The translations under genes were made by a program, and so were the position numbers. From positions 1 through 25,870 of the forward strand of contig JBFESZ010000023.1 of assembly GCA_041548245.1 (NCBI GenBank): a stretch of DNA of 25,870 nucleotides, read 5' to 3'. The notes below the pieces were generated by a model, which did no database searches, had not been told where the DNA came from, and worked only from the letters and a program-made list of their open reading frames with translations. The DNA comes from Sulfurimonadaceae bacterium (GTDB taxonomy: Bacteria; Campylobacterota; Campylobacteria; Campylobacterales; Sulfurimonadaceae). Shown one piece after another: positions 17,472-25,870 of the stretch (positions within the stretch are counted from its first letter, which is position 1; each line of letters starts with the position of its first letter).

Positions 17472-17480
17472 AGCGACAGC

Positions 17481-18686
17481 TTACTTTTTTTCACCCGCAA
17501 CAAAAATGGAGACTATTTTCCCCTCTAAGACTTCATCTGCGTAAAGACTCTGTGCATTGTCCACTCTGCTTGAAACATTCACATCAAACAGGACAAGATC
17601 AGCCACCTGTCCCTCTTCAATCAGCCCGGCATTCTTCTTTATCATCTGTGCCGGAGTAAAAGAGACCATCTTGCTTAACTGAGATAGCGTTATCAAACCG
17701 CTTTTGACTAACTTGGTGTAATACAGAGGGAGCAACTCTTCGATGGCTTCCGTACCATAAGCTGCATCATAAAAAGCGACCTCTTTATTGACCTTGGACT
17801 GTGGAGCATGTAAAGAGGTAAGCACATCGATCTCCCCCTTTTTAAGCGAATCCTGAAGAGAAAGCTTTCCTTTTTCATCGGCCAATGGCGGGAATATCTT
17901 CGCATAGGCATTAAAACCGTCACAGGCTCTATCATCCAGAGCAAGGTGATGGATAGAGATCTCTGAAAAGACCTTCAATCCCTCTTTTTTTGCCGCCGTT
18001 ATCATCTCGATGGAACGTTTGCTGAAAAGTCCTTTGAAAAGGACCTGTACATCATAATATCTCGCGATCTCAATCATCTTCGCTACATGGATAATCTCAC
18101 CCAAGACAGAGATACCTGGAAGGCCCAAACTTGCGGAGACTTCTCCTTCAAACATCACGCCGTTTCCATTAATGGCCTTGTCTCTTGCGGAACAGAAGAC
18201 TGTTCCTTCATACATCTTCATATATTCGAAGATACGGCGTATCAGGTTACTGTCTAGTGAACTCTCCAGTGCAGGGGCAACAGCCCCTTTCTTGAGTAAA
18301 ATTGCTATGTTACTTAAAGTCTTGTCATCCTTTGTCGCACAGATGGCAGAAGTGATCCTTGCGCCTTCAAACTTTTGCTCAAGGACAAACTCAAGAACAA
18401 TCTCGTTATTAATAGCCGGTTCACTCTCTGGATTTAGCACTACCGTGGTCACACCGCCTTTTATGGCAGCTTTGGATATCTTTTGAAGTCGCGACGTATT
18501 CAGCTGCATATCGCTCAAAGAGACATTCAAGTCTATCAAACCAGGCATAAGATACGCGCCCTTGGCATCTATTGCCCCATCAGAGGAGAGATTATCCGCA
18601 ATTTTTGTGATGATTCCATCCGTGATCTCGATATCACCCCGACGCTCACCATTAGCATCACATAAAACAGCGTTTTTTATTATCAT
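17481..18686 (-). CDS. Dihydroorotase-like protein lacking catalytic residues (PyrC'-type)
   Basis: Amidohydrolase fold motifs MPGLID, AAIKGGVTTV, GQVADLVLFD; HxH replaced by NVS and the DHAP Asp replaced (LHAP). Confidence 0.85.
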   Translation of the reverse strand: MIIKNAVLCDANGERRGDIEITDGIITKIADNLSSDGAIDAKGAYLMPGLIDLNVSLSDMQLNTSRLQKISKAAIKGGVTTVVLNPESEPAINNEIVLEFVLEQKFEGARITSAICATKDDKTLSNIAILLKKGAVAPALESSLDSNLIRRIFEYMKMYEGTVFCSARDKAINGNGVMFEGEVSASLGLPGISVLGEIIHVAKMIEIARYYDVQVLFKGLFSKRSIEMITAAKKEGLKVFSEISIHHLALDDRACDGFNAYAKIFPPLADEKGKLSLQDSLKKGEIDVLTSLHAPQSKVNKEVAFYDAAYGTEAIEELLPLYYTKLVKSGLITLSQLSKMVSFTPAQMIKKNAGLIEEGQVADLVLFDVNVSSRVDNAQSLYADEVLEGKIVSIFVAGEKK

Positions 18687-18705
18687 AAACTATCCCCTTT
18701 ATTTA

Positions 18706-18723
18706 TTGTTATAATTTTAACAA
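18706..18723. promoter_or_regulatory. Overlapping divergent extended -10 elements
   Basis: Plus strand TGtTATAAT 18707-18715; minus strand TGtTAAAAT 18722-18714; minus-strand AAGGGGA RBS before the PyrC' ATG. Confidence 0.55.
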
Positions 18724-18745
18724 AAAACTCTTTAAGTGCTCTATT

Positions 18746-19120
18746 ATGAATAAAAACTTACTCTTTTTACTACTCCTGTCTTTTTCACCTGTTTATGCTG
18801 AAACTGACCCTTACAAACAGGGAGAAATCCTCTACTCACAAAAGGGGTGCAACGGGTGTCACGGTATTCATGGAGAGGGAATGCATGTCTATCCTGTACT
18901 GATGAATAAACCTAAATACCTTTTGGTCACAAAACTGAAGTTTTATCGAGGGAAGAAAGGAGTGATGGATCAGACAGCTCAGATCATGATCCCCTTTGCC
19001 GAAAACCTCACTGATGATGAAATATCATATCTTACCGTTTATCTTTCGGAATATAAAGAGGATGCCAACGCTCCACGGTATGAGATGGAATACGAATCAT
19101 GGGGAGACGGAGGAAGTTAG
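18746..19120 (+). CDS. Periplasmic monoheme class I cytochrome c (c553-like)
   Basis: Signal peptide ending VYA, heme motif CNGCH, distal Met in QIMIP, C-terminal helix LTDDEISYLTVYL. Confidence 0.88.
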   Translation: MNKNLLFLLLLSFSPVYAETDPYKQGEILYSQKGCNGCHGIHGEGMHVYPVLMNKPKYLLVTKLKFYRGKKGVMDQTAQIMIPFAENLTDDEISYLTVYLSEYKEDANAPRYEMEYESWGDGGS

Positions 19121-19124
19121 ATGT

Positions 19125-19511
19125 TTACTTTTCAAGGACCTCGTTTAACAAGGCACTGAAATCTTTGACATTGGCAGCACCCTGAAACGATTCAAGGATC
19201 GACTCGCCAGTTGTATCGGTAAAGTAAAATGTAGGCGTTCCTGCATAAGTGAACGCTTTTGGTACAATATCCTTGCTAACATCAAGATAAACAGGAGTAA
19301 ATCTCTCCAAAAGTCTAATGACATTCGCATCTTTGAAAACAATATTTTCCATGTACCAACAGGCATCACACCCTTCTCTTGAGAGCATGATCATAATAGG
19401 TTTGTTTGTGTTATAGGAGTACTGTTTGGCCTCTTCAAAAGAGTACTTCCAATCCGGCTCGCCAAACAAGTGGGATGATAATAGCAATAAAGTTATCCAT
19501 ACCTTTATCAA
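19125..19511 (-). CDS. Periplasmic thioredoxin-fold protein (SoxW-like)
   Basis: Signal peptide, KPIMIMLSREGCDAC (CxxC), GTPTFYF cis-Pro loop. GGAGG abuts ATG 19517, so TTG 19511 is the better-spaced start. Confidence 0.8.
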   Translation of the reverse strand: MIKVWITLLLLSSHLFGEPDWKYSFEEAKQYSYNTNKPIMIMLSREGCDACWYMENIVFKDANVIRLLERFTPVYLDVSKDIVPKAFTYAGTPTFYFTDTTGESILESFQGAANVKDFSALLNEVLEK

Positions 19512-19527
19512 ACACATCCTCCAAAAG

Positions 19528-21327
19528 TCACAGTTTTGTCAGAAGCTCTTCAGGCGGAATATAGCCGATCACTCTTTTTTCTTTGAGCTCATTGCCATCT
19601 TCGTCATAAAAAATGAGTGCAGGTGGTCCAAAAAGGTTAAACATTTTGCTTAATGCTTTTTCTTCTTCTGTATTAGCTGTTACATCTGCTTGGACAAGGA
19701 TATAATCACGCAATGCTGCTTTTACTCTTTCATCTGCAAAAGTAATGTGTTCAAGTTCCTTACATGACGTACACCAATCCGCATAGAAATCAAGCATCAC
19801 CCTCTTCCCCTTGGACGCGGTAATGATTTTCTCCAATTCAGTGATAGAGTGTACCTTGGTAAAACTGTTCTCTTTCAAAACCGAACTAGACACAGCCGAT
19901 TGACCTGCAAGCTGCTTCGGAAGTAGTCTTTCAAGAGGGTTCAGCATGCTTGGTGCACTGGTTATCGCTCCGACAAAAAGTGCGCTCGCATAAAGAAAGA
20001 CCATCAGACCGATACTCTTCTTGGCAGCATGACATGGATGACAATACGCCTCTTCTTTTGATTCAAATGCCCCCATACTCACAGCGACAAACATCGCCAG
20101 GGCTGAGCACATGAACATGATAATACTGTTTTCGAGTACACGGCTTAACATCCAGATCGCTACGGCGAGCATCATCACACCAAAGATGGATTTGATCGCT
20201 TCCATCCATGCTCCAGGTCGTGGCATAAACTTGCCGGCACCTGTGCCTACGATCAGTAAAGGGATCCCCATCCCCATTGAAAGTGCATACAAGGCAGCAC
20301 CGCCCAAGAAAGCATCTCCCGTTTGCGAGATAAACCCTAAGGCAGCCGCCAGAGGTGCAGCAACACAAGGCCCTACGATCAGTGCGGATAAAAGCCCCAT
20401 GATAGCGATTGAAGTATAGCCCTTACCCGTTCCTTCTGTCTTTTTATTCAAATAGGATTGAAGTGCTTGAGGCATCTGGAGTTCATACAGACCGAACATC
20501 GATAGGGCCAATAATACAAAGACGACGGAGAAGCTCACGATTACCCACGGTGTCTGAAAGGCAGCCTGAACGCCTGCGCCTGTAAGACCGGCAATAATCC
20601 CTGCAATCGTATAGGTAATAGCCATTGCTTGTACATATACCATAGAGAGCCAAAACGCTTTTTTTGTCGTCATTTCTGAGCCGTGAGAGACGATCACACT
20701 CGAAAGTATAGGGACCATAGGAAAGACACACGGAGTCAGTGAGAGCAACAGACCAAAAATAAAGAACCCGCCCAAGATGTAAAAGATGTTTCCTTCGGAG
20801 AGAAGGTTCATGATCGGATCAGCACTCTGTGAACCTACAGGTGTACTTTTTGTCGAGCTCTCAAGAGTTGAAGCAACCTTGTTCTTCTCACCCGCTTTTG
20901 CCAATACAGACAGCTCGACTTCAAGCTTAAACAGCTGAGTGCTTGGTTCATAACACAGACCCATCTCCGAACACCCCTGGTAATTGACCTTTAACTCAAA
21001 AGGCACACGCTCAAGCTTGCTCGACTTGGCACGTAAGGGGATCTCGAGGACCTGTCCGTTAAAATAGACTATCTCCTCATCGTGCTCATGCCCTTCAGGC
21101 AGTACAAAGTCACCGATTTGAACATCTTCATTTGGAGTTATCTCGACAGAAACCTGCTCCTTGTAGACATAGATATCTGAGGCAAGATCGAAACTGACAA
21201 CGGCTTTGTCCTGAACCACTTCGGCTTTTACAATAAAGGCTTCTTCGAGACTCAAGAACTTGTTTTGCGCAGACAAGGGAGAAAAAAATGTAGTTAATAA
21301 TGCGATAAACGTTAAAAAATATTTCAT
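19528..21327 (-). CDS. dsbD: Thiol:disulfide interchange protein DsbD
   Basis: Alpha domain YQGCSEMGLCYEP, transmembrane LTPCVFPM and VGPCVAAP, gamma domain FYADWCTSCKE; RBS AAAGGA and TAAAAT -10 at 21354-21349. Confidence 0.96.
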   Translation of the reverse strand: MKYFLTFIALLTTFFSPLSAQNKFLSLEEAFIVKAEVVQDKAVVSFDLASDIYVYKEQVSVEITPNEDVQIGDFVLPEGHEHDEEIVYFNGQVLEIPLRAKSSKLERVPFELKVNYQGCSEMGLCYEPSTQLFKLEVELSVLAKAGEKNKVASTLESSTKSTPVGSQSADPIMNLLSEGNIFYILGGFFIFGLLLSLTPCVFPMVPILSSVIVSHGSEMTTKKAFWLSMVYVQAMAITYTIAGIIAGLTGAGVQAAFQTPWVIVSFSVVFVLLALSMFGLYELQMPQALQSYLNKKTEGTGKGYTSIAIMGLLSALIVGPCVAAPLAAALGFISQTGDAFLGGAALYALSMGMGIPLLIVGTGAGKFMPRPGAWMEAIKSIFGVMMLAVAIWMLSRVLENSIIMFMCSALAMFVAVSMGAFESKEEAYCHPCHAAKKSIGLMVFLYASALFVGAITSAPSMLNPLERLLPKQLAGQSAVSSSVLKENSFTKVHSITELEKIITASKGKRVMLDFYADWCTSCKELEHITFADERVKAALRDYILVQADVTANTEEEKALSKMFNLFGPPALIFYDEDGNELKEKRVIGYIPPEELLTKL

Positions 21328-21537
21328 TAAAATCCTTTAAGAGTCGTGATTTTACCTTTTTTAGGGTGAACATTATATTAATTATAACGTCTAAACCCGT
21401 ATCCCATCTTTGTATTACTATTATATACAGGTCATAAGATTCAGTTAATCTTTCTCAACGGATGCATGAGCCTGTCTTTTTTTAGAACTCATGAAAGAAA
21501 AAGAGCAGACGCACATTATGGATATTGAAGTACTTTC

Positions 21538-23475
21538 TTAATCGAAATCTTTTTTCATGCCAATAATAAAGCGCGCCCCGCCATTCACATTCACAGCCTC
21601 GATACTACCTTTACAGTGCTCTTCGATGATGGACTTGGACATATACAGTCCCAGACCGGTGCCATTTTTTGATTTAGTGGAGAAATAGGGTTCGAAAATC
21701 TTATCGATGATATCATCAGGGATTCCGCCGGCATTGTCTTCTATGATGATCTTCACACTCTCTGCTGCCTCCTCAAACATTTTGATGATGATCTTTGGCT
21801 CTTTAACCTTGTTACTCACCAGGGCATCATGCGCATTCTTTAAGATATTGACAAGTACCTGCATCAGCTCGTTTTCAAAGCTTGATATCTCTACCTTCTC
21901 ATCCAAGTCTGTCTCAATCTTTATGTTTTCTTTTTTAAAGATACCCTCCGTAAGCTTCAATGAGCTCTCAATCGTCTTTTTAAGATTGAACATCTCTTTT
22001 TGTTTATTACTCTTAAAAAAGTACCTAAAATCCTCAATTGTCTCGGACAGGTGCTGAGAAAAACTGTTTAGTTTGTCGAGCTGTTCATAAAAGAAGTCCT
22101 TGTCATATTTATCCATTCCGATCTTTACCTGAAGGGATCCGACCGTAGCCGTTATGGCCGAAAGCGGCTGTCTCCATTGATGCGCGATCATCGAGATCAT
22201 CTCTCCCATGGCGGCATGCCGTGACTGGTTAAGCAAAAGTGCGTTTTTTTCCTGAAGCTCACTGCTCTGTTCTTGAAGCTGCTCTCTTAACAAGGCTTCA
22301 TTTTTCAGTTTTTCATCCAGTAACTGCTGATGATATTTCAATTTGTCACTGTTAGTGGTATGAAACCTTCTGGCCAGGATAAGAGAGAAAAAGACGATCT
22401 CTATCAATGCTCCGATCAAAAAGGTGTAGCGGGTAAAATCAGTATTATTGATCAGCCCGTTAAAGGTCAGTGCCATCAAGGCCATCGTCGGCATGTAGAT
22501 AATAAGCGCAATTAGATAGTAGCGGGTTGTCTTATGCCCCATTTGCCATATTCTCAGGGCCAATAGTAAAAAGAGGACAAATCCCATGAAAGCAAAAATA
22601 TTAAAGACTTCTGTCGCATAAGGTATATTTTGACTGATGAGTATACTCAAGAGAATAAAGGTATATGTCAACAGTTTAAAAAAAAGGTACATCCTCGGTA
22701 AATGTTTTTTCAGCTCGAGAAAACAGGCGGAGAACATCGTCAAAAATGCCAAGACGAGAGCACCGACAGTATGAAGTCCTTCATCCCATCCCGGAATTCC
22801 AAAAGCAAGGTAGGAGCCACTGAACATACTGATAAAAACGATAAATGAGCTTACATATCCGATGTAGAAGACATAAATGCGTTCTCGCATCTCGATCAAA
22901 AGAAAAGCGTTTAGAATGATAATGATAAAAAAGATGCCTGAGTAAAACTGATAGAACATGTTAAGGTTAAAACGGCTCGGTCTGTAATACTCTTCATGAT
23001 CATAAAGTCTGAATGCCCCGATATGCCCGTTCAATGTTTTTCCCTTGATAAAATAGGTTTTTGACATACCGGTGCCGATATTAATATTAAATGCAGGGCT
23101 TAAGTCATTGATGGAACGATCTTCTAAAGGGTGTAACAGACCATTGCACTGCTTTATAAAACCACCTTCAACGGGTTCATACAGGTCAAAATCAGCCCAA
23201 AAAGGTTCGGTAAAATAGAGGACGAACTCCTCTTTTAAGCTTCTGTTTTCTATCTTTACTCTAAACCATGAGGTACCATCATGATACCCCAAAGTAAACT
23301 GGCTTGGGATCTCTTGTTTAAATTCAAGGTCTATGACATCTTCTACTTGTAGTTTGTTGCTCTCATCATAAAAGTAATCAACAGAGAAGTCTGTCATTGC
23401 TTTATTACTATCTGTGATGATGATCGATGCCATGGCGTATTGTAAAAAGATCAAAAGCAGTAACAATATACGCAT
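21538..23475 (-). CDS. 7TM-DISM sensor histidine kinase (7TMR-DISMED2 + 7TM + HisKA + HATPase)
   Basis: Signal peptide, beta-rich extracellular domain (FTLGYHDGTSWFRVKI), about 7 hydrophobic helices, IAHQWRQPL, NGTGLGLY; ATG 23475 is 6 nt from GAGGG; GCTATAAT -10 at 23538-23531. Confidence 0.88.
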   Translation of the reverse strand: MRILLLLLIFLQYAMASIIITDSNKAMTDFSVDYFYDESNKLQVEDVIDLEFKQEIPSQFTLGYHDGTSWFRVKIENRSLKEEFVLYFTEPFWADFDLYEPVEGGFIKQCNGLLHPLEDRSINDLSPAFNINIGTGMSKTYFIKGKTLNGHIGAFRLYDHEEYYRPSRFNLNMFYQFYSGIFFIIIILNAFLLIEMRERIYVFYIGYVSSFIVFISMFSGSYLAFGIPGWDEGLHTVGALVLAFLTMFSACFLELKKHLPRMYLFFKLLTYTFILLSILISQNIPYATEVFNIFAFMGFVLFLLLALRIWQMGHKTTRYYLIALIIYMPTMALMALTFNGLINNTDFTRYTFLIGALIEIVFFSLILARRFHTTNSDKLKYHQQLLDEKLKNEALLREQLQEQSSELQEKNALLLNQSRHAAMGEMISMIAHQWRQPLSAITATVGSLQVKIGMDKYDKDFFYEQLDKLNSFSQHLSETIEDFRYFFKSNKQKEMFNLKKTIESSLKLTEGIFKKENIKIETDLDEKVEISSFENELMQVLVNILKNAHDALVSNKVKEPKIIIKMFEEAAESVKIIIEDNAGGIPDDIIDKIFEPYFSTKSKNGTGLGLYMSKSIIEEHCKGSIEAVNVNGGARFIIGMKKDFD

Positions 23476-23683
23476 CAAAAGCCCTCTCTTTCATGAAGAA
23501 ACGCCAATCCTATTAATAACTGACGCTTTTATTATAGCTTATTCAATCAATATACCCTTGATGAACTATACCATAGACTTGTATCTATAAGCTGAAAACA
23601 GGGTATACATTGCACATTACATTACCTCTGTTTCCTCATTTTTTGTATAATTATCCTCCAGTTTTAAATAGAAGGTTTTAATC

Positions 23684-24571
23684 ATGGGTGGTTTCGAAGG
23701 TGGTGATGAGGGTGGATATTGGGAGGTCGATACAACACCTGCTATCACAGATAAAAGACAGAGAAACAAAGAAAAGATTCTGATTCAGCAAGACGCCTTA
23801 GGCTACCGTATCAAAGCCCATGCCAAAGTGACTCTGTTTTTTAGAATCACGGGTTATCAAGATGAGAAACCCACCGTACTTTCCCGTTACATACGGGTTA
23901 ATGACTTATATGACACGATCAGTTTTACACCCTGTGCGTGTGAGTCATTTAGCATTGAGGGATGTGGACAGATCCCCTTGGAGTCAAACACTATCTACCA
24001 AGCCTATAAAGCGCTTATGGACTATACTAACAATCCCGAAATTGAAGAGTTTTTTTCTACCCATAAGGTAGTCGTAACCAAAAATATTCCCGTATCGGCC
24101 GGTCTGGCGGGAGCCTCTTCCGACGCGGCTGCTTTTATGCACTTGCTTAAAGAGGCATGTAACCTTATACTCAGCACAGAGGAACTCTCCAATATAGCGC
24201 GTTCTATTGCTGAGGACGCACCCTTTTTTATCCACAACTATCCTTCTGCCAATGTTTCCGGATTTGGTGAAATCATTGAACCCTTCGAAGAGGAAGCATT
24301 GAGTTTTGAATTCCATATACCCAAAAGAGTATCTGACATGCCTTTGCTTCAGAAGATAGGTAAAGAGAAGTTTTCTGCAGACACCTCTGTGTCGTCCTTG
24401 CAGCATTGGCAGAGGCTCGATTCAAAAAGCATACTGCAAGACACAACAGACCCTACTCTTCTTAATGACCTATACGCTGCCGCACACATAGCTTGTCCTG
24501 AGCTAGAAGACGTCGATACGGGGTGGTTTTTCAGTGGAAAGGGACCTGCCTTTTTCAAACTCCTTGTCTAA
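23684..24571 (+). CDS. Divergent IspE-like GHMP kinase with N-terminal extension
   Basis: AHAKV, DLYDTI, SNTIYQAY, KNIPVSAGLAGASSDAA, DAPFF, VSGFGEIIE, NDLY, FFSGKG follow IspE motif order but several are altered; TATAAT at 23646-23651 and GAAGG RBS. Confidence 0.75.
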   Translation: MGGFEGGDEGGYWEVDTTPAITDKRQRNKEKILIQQDALGYRIKAHAKVTLFFRITGYQDEKPTVLSRYIRVNDLYDTISFTPCACESFSIEGCGQIPLESNTIYQAYKALMDYTNNPEIEEFFSTHKVVVTKNIPVSAGLAGASSDAAAFMHLLKEACNLILSTEELSNIARSIAEDAPFFIHNYPSANVSGFGEIIEPFEEEALSFEFHIPKRVSDMPLLQKIGKEKFSADTSVSSLQHWQRLDSKSILQDTTDPTLLNDLYAAAHIACPELEDVDTGWFFSGKGPAFFKLLV

Positions 24572-24603
24572 AGCAACCGCAGGACGCTCTTTTGCTGTAA
24601 CAC

Positions 24604-25320
24604 TCATACCTGTGAACTGACACGTTCTAACATATCCAGTACCGCTTTAATAGTCTGTTCTTCATTCTCATGAGAGTCAACACAAAAGCCTAAACGATAT
24701 TTGACATCATGTTTTTTACAAGCCTGCACAAAATAGGCAGTCTCCTCTGCTATATAAGTATCTTCGTTTTCCTCTACACGCTGTGAATCATCACAGAGGT
24801 AAAAGAGAGGAAAAGTATCTGAAGAATTCAAAAAGTTGCTTAAATCCTTCTCCTTTGATGATTGATCGGCAAAGATGGCTTCATAAAACCGTTTCACCTC
24901 AGTATCTCTACCGGCTTCAAGTCTTATACGAGGTGAACGCGCATACACAGCATTTGCCTTGCACAAGATACCATGCAAGATGGCGCCATAAGCGCCCATA
25001 GAATCTCCGTACAGATAGATATGATCCTCACATTCATATTCTTCAGCGATCTGTTTAATCAGCTCTTGCAAGAGATCTTTGACAAAGAAATCTCCCTTTT
25101 CACCCAGCCAACAGGACCCTCTTTGCTCATATCCGAAGTTGTCGATGGGCGTAAGCACGTTCCACATCTTATATTCAAAATGTGCCCTCTCAACCTCTGC
25201 TTCGTCATGCAAAAGGACAATCAAGGGGACAAAGTTTGAGATTAAGGTAGCGGGAGAAAAGCGGTAATACAGCCTTCGATTATTGGCATCTTCGATATAT
25301 AAAAGTGCTTCCTCACTCAT
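24604..25320 (-). CDS. Alpha/beta-hydrolase fold protein (putative esterase)
   Basis: LIVLLHD strand, nucleophile elbow YLYGDSMGAYGA (GxSxG), candidate catalytic His in VDSHE near the C-terminus. Confidence 0.7.
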   Translation of the reverse strand: MSEEALLYIEDANNRRLYYRFSPATLISNFVPLIVLLHDEAEVERAHFEYKMWNVLTPIDNFGYEQRGSCWLGEKGDFFVKDLLQELIKQIAEEYECEDHIYLYGDSMGAYGAILHGILCKANAVYARSPRIRLEAGRDTEVKRFYEAIFADQSSKEKDLSNFLNSSDTFPLFYLCDDSQRVEENEDTYIAEETAYFVQACKKHDVKYRLGFCVDSHENEEQTIKAVLDMLERVSSQV

Positions 25321-25399
25321 AGTGTAGACACATCCAGCACAAAAGATCTATGATAGTTCATCCCTTTACCTTTTTGAGTTTTAAACGACTGCATCTTTA

Positions 25400-25678
25400 T
25401 TATTGGACCGGTATATATGCCTGATACATTTCCCACCAATGCGCAAGTTGACGCGCTTCATTGGATTGGGTATTGTTGACTATTTGCTCAAAACTATCAC
25501 TGTCCAAGTCGGCAAGCTCTTGTGACAGCTGTGATACGCAATCGACAAGATCATCAAAATCATCCGAATCCGCACACTCTTGTACCGCTTCCGGGACCTC
25601 TTTTCCTTGTGATACCAGTACATAGACATAAAGCTGACAGGTTTTACGTAGTTGCAACTCTTTATTCGAAGGGCTCAT
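25400..25678 (-). CDS. Small acidic hypothetical protein (92 aa)
   Basis: AAGGA RBS upstream, GCTATAAT -10 at 25753-25746, helical-looking sequence ending ARQLAHWWEMYQ; fills the intergenic space. Confidence 0.75.
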   Translation of the reverse strand: MSPSNKELQLRKTCQLYVYVLVSQGKEVPEAVQECADSDDFDDLVDCVSQLSQELADLDSDSFEQIVNNTQSNEARQLAHWWEMYQAYIPVQ

Positions 25679-25810
25679 GATTCATTGTCCTTATTGGAGA
25701 GGCTTCAGACGATATCCGAGACACTCTCTCTCTATTTTTCACAGGATTATAGCCAATAAACACAGCCTGTTTCATTTGATTTGTATTTATAAAACTTGTT
25801 TGTGGTGTTT

Positions 25811-25870
25811 TTAAGCGTGTACAAAACCCAACCAAAGCGCTTGAATATATTTCCCAGCGACCTTATTAGT
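25811..25870 (-). CDS. Possible 3' end of a gene entering from the right edge
   Basis: Open minus frame TNKVAGKYIQALWLGFVHA* ends with TAA at 25813-25811; too short to identify. Confidence 0.3.
   Translation of the reverse strand, partial: TNKVAGKYIQALWLGFVHA

Noticed and set aside
2008-17480. Signalling cluster as a mobile element
   Set aside because: No integrase, transposase, tRNA or flanking direct repeats seen, and no obvious compositional shift by eye.
21466-21510. Imperfect inverted repeats (catgag/ctcatg, T-run/A-run) as terminator or sRNA
   Set aside because: Stems are short or mismatched; cannot be supported without folding or expression data.
24572-24600. AGCAA...TTGCT hairpin as bidirectional terminator
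   Set aside because: Only a 5-bp stem with a long loop and no U-tract.
486-25267. Many 60-210 aa alternative-frame and antisense ORFs (e.g. 7010-7591, 7682-8296, 12148-12771)
   Set aside because: All lie within well-supported genes and show no recognisable motifs; similar antisense ORFs recur only because the kinase domains are paralogous.
1-25870. CRISPR arrays, tRNA or rRNA genes
   Set aside because: No regularly spaced repeats or RNA gene signatures; intergenic gaps are short.

Overview
Chromosomal window whose protein motifs (AHQWRQPL H-box kinases, pseudo-dihydroorotase, TGnTATAAT promoters, HAIR-like operator) point to a free-living Campylobacterota (Sulfurovum/Sulfurimonas-like; taxonomy is inferred). 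It begins with htpG under a HAIR-like inverted repeat. An 11-gene, ~15.4 kb co-directional signalling cluster follows (2095-17471): 5 histidine kinases, 7 receiver domains, a REC-PAS-PAS-HD-GYP phosphodiesterase, a FIST/NosP-like protein, an orphan solute-binding lipoprotein, a REC-LuxR regulator and a REC protein with an unrecognised output. Four kinases share nearly the same DHp docking helix and three receivers share nearly the same alpha1 helix, suggesting a two-tier many-to-many phosphorylation network feeding c-di-GMP breakdown (inference). Downstream lie an inactive PyrC', a cytochrome c, a thioredoxin-like protein, dsbD, an orphan 7TM-DISM kinase, a divergent IspE paralog, an alpha/beta hydrolase and a small hypothetical gene. 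No mobile element, CRISPR or RNA gene was seen.
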